Shown piece after piece: positions 12,159-23,436 of a stretch of DNA of 64,000 nt (within the stretch, counting starts at the first letter, position 1; each line of letters starts with the position of its first letter). The notes under the pieces were generated by a model. That model made no database searches. It was given only the letters and a program-made list of their open reading frames with translations, and was not told the origin of the DNA. The stretch spans positions 37,262,001 to 37,326,000 of the forward strand of contig OZ249438.1 of assembly GCA_965235115.1 (NCBI GenBank). Reading direction: 5' to 3'. The position numbers and the translations under genes were made by a program. The stretch comes from Laetmonice hystrix (Eukaryota).

Positions 12159-14903
12159 TACCCAGGGGGCCAGAGGGGTCAAGCAGACATGGTCTGCTGT
12201 AAAAGGTTGTTGTATATGGTTGGATTCCTTAGACCCTCAGTAATAACTTCTAGGTGGACAACCTTTGCAACAAGCTACTGTAACTCCGCAATTCAAGATG
12301 GCGTCCAAGATGGCCGCCATATCTTAAACTCTCCACAATGTCGTCAATTTTTATTGAATTTTCATGTGCAATACCTCGTTTCTATGGTTTTCAGGGTCGG
12401 GAAATCCATTTATGATGGTTTCAGAGTGATAAAGATTGCAATTCAAGATGGCGTCCAAGATGGCCGCCATATCTTATAGTCTCCATAATGTCGTGAATTT
12501 TTATTGAATTTTCATGTGCAATACCTCGTTTCTATGGTTTTCAGGGTCGGGGAATCCATTTATGATGGTTTCAGAGTGATAAATACTGCAATTCAAGATG
12601 GCGTCCAAGATGGCCGCCATATAGTATGAAATCTCCATAATGTCGTCAATTTTCATTTCATTTTCATGTGTAATAGCTGGTTTCTATGGTACTCAGGGTC
12701 AGGGAATCCATTTATGATGGTTTCAGAGTGATAAAGACTGCAATTCAAGATGGCGTCCAAGATGGCCGCCATATATCATGAAATCTCCATAATGTCGTCA
12801 ATTTTCATTTCATTTTCATGTGTAATACCTTGTTTTTGTGGTTTTCAGGGTTGTGGAATCTATTTATGATGGTTTTTAAAGTGATATGATGTGCTTTATA
12901 CCATGTAAATGAAAAACAAACATTAAGGCATAGCCTAAGTACCAATTACTACGTTCGACTTTGACTTAAATCAGTTATAGTCCCGTGACAAAAGCGGCCC
13001 ACCTAAAATCATTGAGGGAATTCCGGAACAAGTGTACTCTTGCTTGTCTGTGGTATAGATGGCTTGCTCTCTCGCTCAATCACTCATTCACTCACCCTGC
13101 CTCAGTCACTCAATCACTTACTCATGCATGTAGTATAGTGGAATATTGCTTGTCTGTTGTGTTGGCTTCTAAGAACTGGTGATGGTATTGGCATTGCAAG
13201 TGTGTGAACCAAGATGACTAGCCAGACAGGGAAGAGAGTTGTTGAAGGAGTTGTGTCATTGGAGCGACCAAAGCAAAGGCGACAGGATCTACTGACTGTT
13301 GACTACAAGAAGTGTGTCATTTGCCAGGCAGAATCACAAAAGGGACCTGTACATGTTACATCAGTAACAAAGCTTATGCGGCCATGACTGCTCGGCAGGA
13401 TGATACTTACAGAAAACTACATGAGCACATAGCCAACGACACGTGGATCACAGACAAATCCCCCAAATGGCATGCAAAATGCAGGAACCTCTACCTCAAT
13501 GAAAAGAGCTATACTGACAGAAAGGAAGCGTCTTGGAACACCAGATAAGGCTGATCAACCCTCAAACAGTACACTTCCCAGGTCACCTATTGCCACCACG
13601 CGAAGCTTTGTTACTGATGTAACATGTACAAGTCCCTTTTGTGATTCTGCCTGGCAAATGACAACTTCTTGTAGTCAACAGTCAGTGGATCCTCTCGCCT
13701 TTTCTTTGGTCGCCCCAATGACACAACTCCTTCAACAACTCTCTTTCCTGTTTGGCTAGTCATCTTGGTTCACACACCTCCAATGCCAATACCATCACCA
13801 GTTCTTAGAAGCCAGCACCACAGACAAGGTGAGTAAATGAGTGATTGACGAGGGAGCGAGCCATCTACCACAGACAAGCAAGAGTACACTTAATCCGGGA
13901 TTCCCTCAAAGATTTTAGGTGGGCCATTTTTGTCAAGGGACTATAACTGATTCAAGTCACAGTCGAACATAGTAATTGGTACTTAATGTTTGTTTTTCAT
14001 TTACATGGTATAAAGCACATCATATCACTTTGAAACCATCATAAATAGATTCCACAACCCTGAAAAACAAGGTATTACACATGAAAATGAAATGAAAATT
14101 GACGACCTTATGGAGATTTCATTATATATGGCGGCCATCTTGGACGCCATCTTGAATTGCAGTCTTTATCACTCTGAAACCATCATAAATGGATTCCCCG
14201 ACCCTGAAAACCATAGAAACGAGGTATTGCACATGAAAATTCAATAAAAATTGACGACATTATGAAGACTTTAATATGTGGTGGCCATCTTGGACGCCAT
14301 CTTGAATTGCAGTCTTTATCACTCTGAAAACCATCATAAATGGATTCCCCGACCCTGAGAACCATAGAAACGAGGTATTACACATGAAAATGAAATGAAA
14401 ATTGATACATTATGGAGATTTCATGTGATATATGGCGGCCATCTTGGACGCCATCTTGAATTGCAGTCTTTATCACTCTGAAACCATCATAAATGGATTC
14501 CCCGACCCTGAAAACCATAGAAACGAGGTATTGCACATGAAAATTCAATAAAAATTGATGACATTATGGAGACTTTAAGATATGGTGGCCATCTTGGACG
14601 CCATCTTGAATTGCAGTCTTTATCACTCTGAAACCATCATAAATGGATTCCTCGACCCTGAAAACCATAGAAACGAGGTATTGCACATGAAAATTCAATA
14701 AAAATTGACGACATTATGGAGACTTTAAGATATGGTGGCCATCTTGGACGCCATCTTGAATTGCGGAGTTACAGTAGCTTGTTGCAAAGGTTGTCCACCT
14801 AGAAGTTATTACTGATGGTCTAAGGAATCCAACCATATCCAACAACCTTTTACAGCAGACCGTGTCTGTTTTCACAAAAAAAGCGTGGCTGGCCCCCTGG
14901 GTA
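12159..14903. mobile_element. Palindromic non-autonomous DNA transposon, Academ-like (TA...TA termini, GAT 3-bp target-site duplication)
   Basis: gat|TACCCAGGGGGCCAG ... CTGGCCCCCTGGGTA|gat. Inverted arms span 12159-13375 and 13603-14903 around a 227-bp spacer. The arms contain ~150-bp subrepeats. Confidence 0.8.
13214..13611 (+). pseudogene. Frameshifted N-terminal remnant of a Cys/His-rich transposon ORF
   Basis: MTSQTGKRVVEG...DYKKCVICQAESQ.../AMTARQDDTYRKLHEH...PKWHAKCRNLYLNEKSY/RKRLG...TRSF. The CxxC plus WHxxC motif resembles the N-termini of large invertebrate transposon proteins (from memory, not searched). Confidence 0.55.
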
Positions 14904-16072
14904 GATCGCTGAAATCGTTCGTCCTTCTACCATCTAAAGCTATACAACGTACGTCGCCGCACTGGTTGGTAGTCCCAGCAACCAGTCGGCGTCAACTTGG
15001 CAGTCGGTGACTGGCCAATGAGCAAAATGGCCGTATCCGGCGGCAACTTGCTTTTTTTATTTTCTTTTATTTTCATTTTTTTTTGGCAAAGCGTAGACAA
15101 CTCAGTGAATACAAACACTGCTTTTCACTGCCACTGTAATACACTGCGGTATATATATGCTCACATTTAAGAATAAGATTTATGTCTACACTCATGGGAA
15201 TCGGGCCAACCATACTCGTGTATTTTCGGAATCGGCTGCCCGGACTCGGATGGACGTAGGGGCCTATTCCAGGCACATGCCATCAGAGGTCGTCCGTCCG
15301 TCGTACGTCCGTACATCCGCCGTCCTACCGGGGTCCGGGGCTGGTGAGATCATACGGCGGTCATCTAGTGACACTGTCGGGAGGTGCCGCCAGGGGTTGC
15401 CGGTAGTTACCTGGGGTGCCGGGCGGGCATCATGACCAGCATCCCTCCTCCCCACACCCACCTCCGTACCCACCAATGATCTCCGTCACGAACCTCCTCC
15501 AGGACCTCGCTAATCACATCACGCTACGCTGGCGTGTACCACCTGCCTACTGGAGGACGCCGCCTAATTTACCCCAGACTGGACGGTCCTCGAGCATCGA
15601 CTGACTCCTACCTCCGGTTGGCGTCAAGTCAGCTGCACTTGACTGTAGTAATCGACTCGTCCCCTAGAGGGCAGCAGCTCATCGTGAGGCCATCACCTCA
15701 TACATGACCTGATGACAAAGTCGACAGGAACCATTGGTTGTCATTTCACGATCCGCCTCCATGGTCGCATATAGATGGAGGCCAGAGTGGGAAACACTTT
15801 CAAACAATGTGTTTGGTGGTCGCACAGTGTTCCATGCTTGCCTTCAGTCACACTTCAAAGCCCTGAGAAAATTAGCTTAGGTCCCGAAGGTTATTGGGCG
15901 GCCATCGTGCCCTTTTTCCATGATCAAATGGATAGCGTTCCTTTCGCTGTTGAGACGCAAGTAAGCGGGCAAGTGTCGCGTTTATTTAACGTTTGTGGTA
16001 CGTGCATGCGGATCTTTTACAGTGTTACTATGTTCCGAGTGAACTTCACTAGTAGTGAACGAAGTGTTTATG

Positions 16073-16280
16073 CTTTAATTTAGTGAATGGAGGATATATG
16101 GTTAATTTAGTGAAGGGAGGATGGTAGTTTAGTGAAGGGAGGATCTATGGTTAATTTAGTGAACAGATGATATATGGTTAATTTAGTGAACGGAAGATCT
16201 ATGGTTTAGTGAAGGGAAGATCTATGGTTTAGTTAACGGGAGATCTATGGTTAATTTAGTGAACGGAGGATATGTTTAAT
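16073..16280. repeat. Degenerate ~20-27-bp repeat
   Basis: Recurrent TTTAGTGAA(G/C)GGAGGATATATGGTTAA. Confidence 0.75.
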
Positions 16281-16479
16281 GAAATCGTTATTAGCCAGTA
16301 GCCTCTTATTGATTTCTATACAAGTGAACGTCCTGCCCTGGTCCCCGTGTTAAACAGTTGTTGGGATAACATCAAACGGAATGTCGTGAACTTCACAATT
16401 GCCAGCTCAAAACTTAAACCCAAACCTCGGGGTTCACACCTCACTCACAACCTACCTCTAACCCTAACACCTATACACC

Positions 16480-17262
16480 CCTGACTGCACAACCCTGCCA
16501 TGGGCGGGAGGAGGAGGATGCCCCGGGCGGACCCCCTGACTGCACAAACCCTGCCGTGGGCGGGAGGAGGAGGAGGACGCCCCGGGCGGACCCCCTGACT
16601 GCACAAACCCTGCCATGGGCGGGAGGAGGACGCCCCGGGCGGACCCACTGACTGCATAAACCCTGCCGTGGGCGGGAGGAGGAGGAGGACGCCCCGGGCG
16701 GACCCCCTGACTGCACAAACCCTGCCGTGGGCGGGAGCAGGAGCACGCCCCGGGCGGGCCCCCTGACTGCACAAACCCTGCCATGGGCGGGAGAAGCACG
16801 CCCCGGGCGGACCCCCTGACTGCACAAACCCTGCCGTGGGCGGGAGGAGGAGGAGGACGCCCCGGGCGGACCCCCTGACTGCACAAACCCTGCCGTGGGC
16901 GGGAGGAGGACGCCCCGGGCGGACCCCCTGACTTCACAAACCCTGCCGTGGGCGGGAGGAGGAGGAGGACGCCCCGGGCGGACCCCCTGACTGCACAAAC
17001 CATGCCGTGGGCGGGAGGAGGACGCCCCGGGCGGACCCACTGACTGCACAACCCTACCGTGGGCGGGAGGAGGAGGACGCCCTGGGCGGACCCACTGACT
17101 GCACAAACCCTGCCGTGGGCGGGAGGAGGAGGAGGACGCCCCGGGCGGACCCACTGACTGCACAAACCCTGCCGTGGGCGGGAGGAGGAGGACGCCCCGG
17201 GCGGACCCGCTGACTGCACAAACCCTGCCGTGGGCGGGAGGAGGACGCCCCGGGCGGACCCA
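16480..17262. repeat. GC-rich 53-59-bp minisatellite, about 14 copies, with a variable GGA tract
   Basis: Unit CCCCTGACTGCACAAACCCTGCCGTGGGCG(GGA)nCGCCCCGGGCGGA. Confidence 0.92.
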
Positions 17263-18503
17263 TTGCCTGATCTCCCCGAAGTTCTCACTCAACCCACTAG
17301 GTGTCGCTGCCCAGCTAAATCAATCACCATTCGACACGGCTGATCGATGCCGATCAATTAGCCATCGGTCTTATCGTGTCTGTCAAACATTTGCTCTCCA
17401 AATACCTGCGAACTCATGCAGTGGAATTGCATTAGACACAGCTTTGTTGTTATAAGAGTAAGTGGATTAAATGAAGGCAGATATAAGGGCGTGGACGGGT
17501 CGGCTCACAAACTACTAGTCTAATTCATTATGGTTGGGATGGCGAGTCGGGAGAACGAGAGTTTGTGCCATGCTTGGTCAGCTTTCAATGTGTGGGTGTG
17601 GGTGTGGGGAAGGGAGGGGGTCCGTAACGGGCCATGTTCATGGGGTCACTATGGGAGCTTCACGTTGGTCTACTTCAGGTAAATATTTCAATGCCGCAAG
17701 GCGGAGGAAATTAACTTGTGAACCCAATGATGCTCGGACATGCTGTAACTTGATGTCGTTGTGGCTGTGAGGATGACATGGCCAGACACCAAGAGTGACA
17801 AACGATATGAAGTCGTCCCAGATACCGCCGAGTGATGAGCCCGTCTTTGAAGGAGGTTTGAGTGCAGATCGATACGAGGTTATATCTCCATTTAGATAGG
17901 GGTGTCATGCGATGAGCACTGAGGGTTGACTGGCTGTGCACGACGCGGGGGATTTCCCGGTAACACACTACGCCCGAGTTACGGATGCACTGCCTTGGTC
18001 TGACATCCGGGCACGTGAGGGACGCAACCTCCCGCCCGTATTTAAACGGCCCGTAAGGGGCCCGAACGTTACCAGTGGGAACCAGCAATGACTCATTGAT
18101 TAAAGGCCACATTTCATTCGTTAACCTCAAACTACGTAAAGCTCTCTGTGATTGGCTAACACCCTTTAAACGACTCTCATTGTAGATGCGTCAAACACTT
18201 TGTCCTGTTATCAGCCTGGCGATGGTGGAGACGAAAGGTCATGAGTTCACGGGATCCTCCCATCATTCATAGCGTCCCCACGTGACATATTGTGGTCCGG
18301 ACGGAATTCTTTCATTTCTCACCGTGATTCCCACAGCTGCCTTGCTCTCCTCTCGCCGGGTGCGAGATAGTGCGTGAATATAACCGTGAACTCTCGGGAG
18401 ATCCCTCAACCTGCGGGATTTCCCGAGACTGTCTCGCTCACCGCAGCCGTCGACCCTCACCACTCCGTGTGAGCCGTGCAATCCGTAGCCTCAATGCATC
18501 ACA

Positions 18504-18592
18504 ATCTCTCTCTGTCTGTCTCTCTGTCTGTCTCTCTCTGTCTGTCTGCCCATGTCTCTGTCTGTCTCTCTCTGTCTGTCTGTCTCTCTCTC
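18504..18592. repeat. (TC)/(TCTG) microsatellite
   Basis: tctctctgtctgtc... run. Confidence 0.9.
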
Positions 18593-20044
18593 CCACCCGA
18601 CAAAATCTCTCAAAGATGGTTGTCTGAATCTCGATTCAATAACTCGGTCCCTCACCATGAATACAAACAATGCCATATCAGAATGAGCTGATGTTTTGTG
18701 GTAAGGTTTGCATTCCCATGCTTGGCGCATTTTTTTGCCCTGGCTTCCATAGATACGGTAAAAATACCATGTTTCTGGTAAAGATAGAGAATTTAATTCA
18801 TGCTACCGTGTGTGCGTACTTAACATAGGGGTATATTCAGACAATGTTACACAAGATGCATTATGTCATTATATCACATATAGCAATTGTTATTTATCGC
18901 AACGTTTGGACCACGCCGAACGGGCCATCTCTATGTCCCTTGACATTTTTATCAAATGGAGCAGGAGTTGCGATTTATAGTTTCTGTAATTACCCAACTC
19001 CAGATTGGGAGCTCGCCTATACATTCACCGTGATGAGCTAACCGAGTTGTATATTACTCGGCGGTGTAGTGAATAGTTGATATCTAATATCGATAGAGAA
19101 GGTTATCACTCTCAGCACAGATCATTCTACAGAGGAAAGATAGTCAGAATATTGAGTATGTGACCAATCTCCTTAGTCTGAAACCACATGAGGAGAAATA
19201 GCTTCATAAGTTAGCCAGTTTATAATTGGTACAATAGATAAATCGATTTCCTCTTATAGCCTTGTTTTGATAATCGATACAATGGGGTATTATGTGTGTC
19301 GGTATTTTTCTCCAAGACTCTAGTAACGTGGCCAGCTATTGTTGTAAGCATGTTCAATGAGGGTAGAATTTGAGGGTTACTATCTTCGATTGGATCCCAA
19401 TAATGTTGGACCCAGGAGACGACATTATCGAGCCAGGAATGAGTCGAGTTGACAATGACTCCCTGGGGTTCTCCGGGGCAGATTACTGCCCGGGGTTCTG
19501 GTGGGGACGGGAGGGGTTGTAGGCATATCGGGTTGGGGTGGGGGCGTGGGGCGTCAGCCAAACAGTCTCCATCCCACACTCACATGGACCCCAGGGGGAG
19601 GTGGACTCAAGATGAAAAGACCGACGTCGTATATATATAAAATAACCCCCATTCACAGTCAGTGTTCTGAAACATGCTAACATTGTTTTATAGAACTGCG
19701 AGGGACGTTCAGGTTATTTGTAAAACGTTCACCTGGAACATTTTGTACGTTAAACACCACTTAACTTAGGTAGGACGACCGTGATCCACCAGCACATGGC
19801 AGCATTGATCTCACGTTATGCGAGTTATGTTAATATTCATGATTGAAAAAAAAAATCATTTATTTAGGCCTATTATTATTTATTTTTGGAGCAAATTTAC
19901 TCAGGATATCCACCTCGGCTATCACAAATGTCGGATCCTGTTTTATTGCCAACGAATAAAAATTAAGGTAAAACGTATGATACAGTCCACACGTCCCCAT
20001 CTCCAAATAACATTAACTTGTTTCTACATTCATCAATATACGTA

Positions 20045-20234
20045 AAGTGCTAAACCCACCAAGGCGATTCCCCTTGCGACGGCCATGCGGTTTTTGATTT
20101 AATGGTGGAATTTCACTCTGAAATTTTTCCTGGCTGGCCTTCTCCATTTCAGGAAATGGGTTCCATCCTTTAATCTCAAAATTACTGTAAAATAAAAGGG
20201 TGATGTCAAAATCGCCTTGGTGGGTTCAGCACTT
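20045..20234. mobile_element. 190-bp MITE with 25-bp terminal inverted repeats (1 mismatch)
   Basis: AAGTGCTAAACCCACCAAGGCGATT ... AATCGCCTTGGTGGGTTCAGCACTT. Confidence 0.7.
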
Positions 20235-20904
20235 ATCTACCAATAATTGTCACTAAATCATTGTTCGGTTATTGTCAGCCAGAAACATTTGTGGTAACGT
20301 TCTCTACATAGTTCTTGTATTGTGCCCATCGACCTAGAGAAAAGCATGGCCCCTACGGCCGGGTTAGGTATTCGTTTGTTGGGAGACTTCCCAACAATAG
20401 TCCAGTTGAAATTTCAGGAACCTAGAAATGTTCTTTCCTATGAAATTTTTTTGTTGATTCATACTCTAATGGGGTCCTAGAACAAATTCAACTTGGTTGC
20501 CCAAAGGGCAACTTTGGGCAAATCTCGTAATCTGCATAAATCCAAGATGGCCGCCCAACGCCACCTTGAAAATTTAACTTTTGAACCACTTGCCTTAGAA
20601 TGATGTATAATACATCATTTTAGGGGTTTTTGGGTATGAAGAATCCATTTCTGATGTTATTTTTTCAATTGAAGGTCAAGGTCAGGTCAAATTCAAGATG
20701 GCCGCCCAGCACTACCTTGAAAATTTAACTTTTGAACCACTTGCCTTAGAATGATGTATAATACGTCATTTTAGGGGTTTTTGGGTATGTAGAATCCATT
20801 TCTGATGTTATTTTTTCAATTGAAGGTCAAGGTCAGGTCAAATTCAAGATGGCCGCCCAAAGCCACCTTGAAATAATACGTCTTTTTAGGGGTTTTAGGA
20901 GTTG

Positions 20905-22235
20905 ACACCAACCTGCCCAGAGTGATTAGGACCCTACGCCAACTGCCTGTAGCGATTAGGTCCCAATATACCCCACCTGGCTGTAGTGAGTGAGTGAGTA
21001 GTTGGTGTTTAATGCCCAGTCAGCCACCTGTAGAGATTAGGGCCCTATATACCCCAGCTGACTGTAGTGAATAAGAACCTATATACACCACCTGCCTGTA
21101 TTTTTCTTTTGAAATGCACGGGCGTCAGGGGTAACCCAATTACTTTGACAATGTCCCTAAAGAGAAAAGTTGTATAGTCCTCTACAGGAATCGAACCCCG
21201 GCCCCAAGATTACTGCACCCATTCGCATAGCATAAGGTGTCGACACCCATGCCTACTCGGCCACCGCCACTCCCCTAATAAAGGAGCTTTGGTGGTCGAG
21301 CAGGACAATGGACCCTCCCCCTACACACATCTTCCGAAATGAGACGGAATCCTAGATAGAGCTACACATGATTTCTACCGAACATTGACTGTTAAGGTAA
21401 TCCTGGCACTGGCGTAGACTGTATTTTTCTTTTGAAATGCACGGGCATCAGGGGTAACCCAATTACTTTGACAATGTCCCTAAAGAGAAAAGTTGTATAG
21501 TGTGATTAGGAACCTATATATCCCACCTGACTCTAGTGGTTAGGGCCCTATATACCAACCTGACTGTAGTGATTAGGAACCTATACGCCACCTGACTGTA
21601 GTCATTAGGGCCCTATATACCCCACCTGACTGTAGTGATTGCGCCGCTATATACCCCACCTGACTGTAGTGATTACGTCCATATATACCCCACCTGACTG
21701 TAGTGATGACGTCCCTATGGCCACCTGACTGTTGTGATTAGGCAGCTATATACCCCACCTGACTGTATTTTTCCTTTTGAAATGCACGGGCATCAGGCGT
21801 AACCCAATTACTTTGACAATGTCCCTAAAGAGAAAAATCGTAAAGTCCTCTACAGGAATCGAACCCCGGCCCCAAGATTACTGCACCCATTCGCATAGCA
21901 TAAGGTATCGACACCCATGCCCACTCGGCCACCGCCACTTCCCTAAAAAAGGAAGCTTTGGTTTATTATGTCCCTATATACCCCACCTGGCTCTTGTGAT
22001 TAGACCCCTATGTACCGCACCTGACTGTATTTTTCTTTTGAAATGCACGGGCATCAGGGGTAACCCAATTACTTTGACAATGTCCGTAAAGAGAAAAGTT
22101 GTATAGTCCTCTACAGAAATCGAACCCTGGCCCCAAGATTACTGCACCCATTCGCATAGCATAAGGTGTCGACGCCCATGCCCACTCGGCCGCCGCCACC
22201 TCCCTATATGATTAGGGCCCTATATACCCCACTAA
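20905..22235. repeat. ~37-bp minisatellite interleaved with the SINE copies
   Basis: Unit TATATACCCCACCTGACTGTAGTGATTAGGGCCC. Confidence 0.8.
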
Positions 22236-22450
22236 ACAGTAAAGTGAGGCCAAACAATACAGTGAGGGCAAAAGGTACAGTGAGGCCAAACAGTGCACGG
22301 AGGCCCAACAGTATGCTATGCGAATGGGTGCAGTAATCTTAGGGCCAGGGTTCGATTCCTGTAGAGGACTATACAACTTTTCTCTTTAGGGACATTGTCA
22401 AAGTAATTGGGTTACCCCTGATGCCCGTGCATTTCAAAAGAAAAATACAG
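21099..22450 (-). mobile_element. Cluster of tRNA-derived SINE copies: 21099-21276, 21422-21500 (partial), 21766-21944 and 22028-22205 on minus; 22312-22450 (partial) on plus
   Basis: On the minus strand, an A-box (GGTGGCCGAGT.GG) and B-box (GGTTCGATTCC) are followed by a shared 3' tail ending TTCAAAAGAAAAATA. Confidence 0.75.
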
Positions 22451-23436
22451 TGAGAAGTCATGGTACTAGCTGGCCTGTTTCCTGTGGGTTTACAAGGGAG
22501 CCTCCTGTTTGTTACCAGCCGTTTATTGCCATTCTAAGACCCTAACCTGACCTTGACCTTCAATTGAAAAAATAACATCAGAATTGGATTGATTCTACAC
22601 ACCCAAAACCCCCTAAAAAGACGTATTATACATCATTCTAATGCAAGTGGTTCAAAAGTTAAATTTTCAAGGTGGTGTTGGGCGGCCACCTTGAATTTGA
22701 AATGACCTTGACCTTCAATTGAAAAGATAACATCAAAAATGGATTCTACATGCCCAAAAACCCCTAAAAAGACGTACCGTATTATACATCATTCTAAGGC
22801 AAGTGGTTCAAAAGTTAAATTTTCAAGGTGGCGTTGGGCGGCCATCTTGAATTTGACCTGACCTTGACCTTAAATTGAAAAAATAACATCAGAAATGGAT
22901 TCTACATACCCAAAAACCCCTAAAATGACGTATTATACATCATTCTAAAGCAGGTGGTTCAAAGGTTAAATTTTCAAGGTAGCGTTGGGCGGCCATCTTG
23001 AATTTGACCTGACCTTGACCTTCAATTGAAAAAATAACATCAGAAATGGATTCTACATACCCAAAAACCCCTAAAATGACGTATTATACATCATTCTAAG
23101 GCAAGTGGTTCAAAAGTTAAATTTTCAAGGTGGCGTTGGGCGGCCATCTTGGATTTATGCAGATTACGAGATTTGCCCAAAGTTGCCCTTTGGGCAACCA
23201 AGTTGAATTTGTTCTAGGACCCCATTAGAGTATAAATCAACAAAAAAAATTCATAGGAAAGAACATTTCTAGGTTGGTGTATTGAACACATAGGACTGTC
23301 AAATGGACTACAAACACACCTCCTCACTTTACAATCATCCTTTTACTTCACTTCCGGTTTAAGGTGTCGCCATGGTAAATGAAATAACCACTCAGTGCAT
23401 ACTATGTCCAGGTGTACTTTGGAAAGTTCACTCCCT

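Larger units (their letters stand above)
20419..23275. mobile_element. Second fold-back element: long inverted arms with 151-bp subrepeats around a 1.6-kb cargo
   Basis: AACCTAGAAATGTTCTTTCC... from 20419 is the reverse complement of the sequence ending at 23275. Arms span about 20419-20900 and 22535-23275. Confidence 0.8.

Noticed and set aside
13812-13830. RE1/NRSE-like sequence CAGCACCACAGACA
   Set aside because: It lies inside the transposon arm and is an imperfect match.
21099-21276. tRNA gene
   Set aside because: A and B boxes are present but I could not fold a cloverleaf, and the sequence continues into a shared SINE tail in multiple copies.
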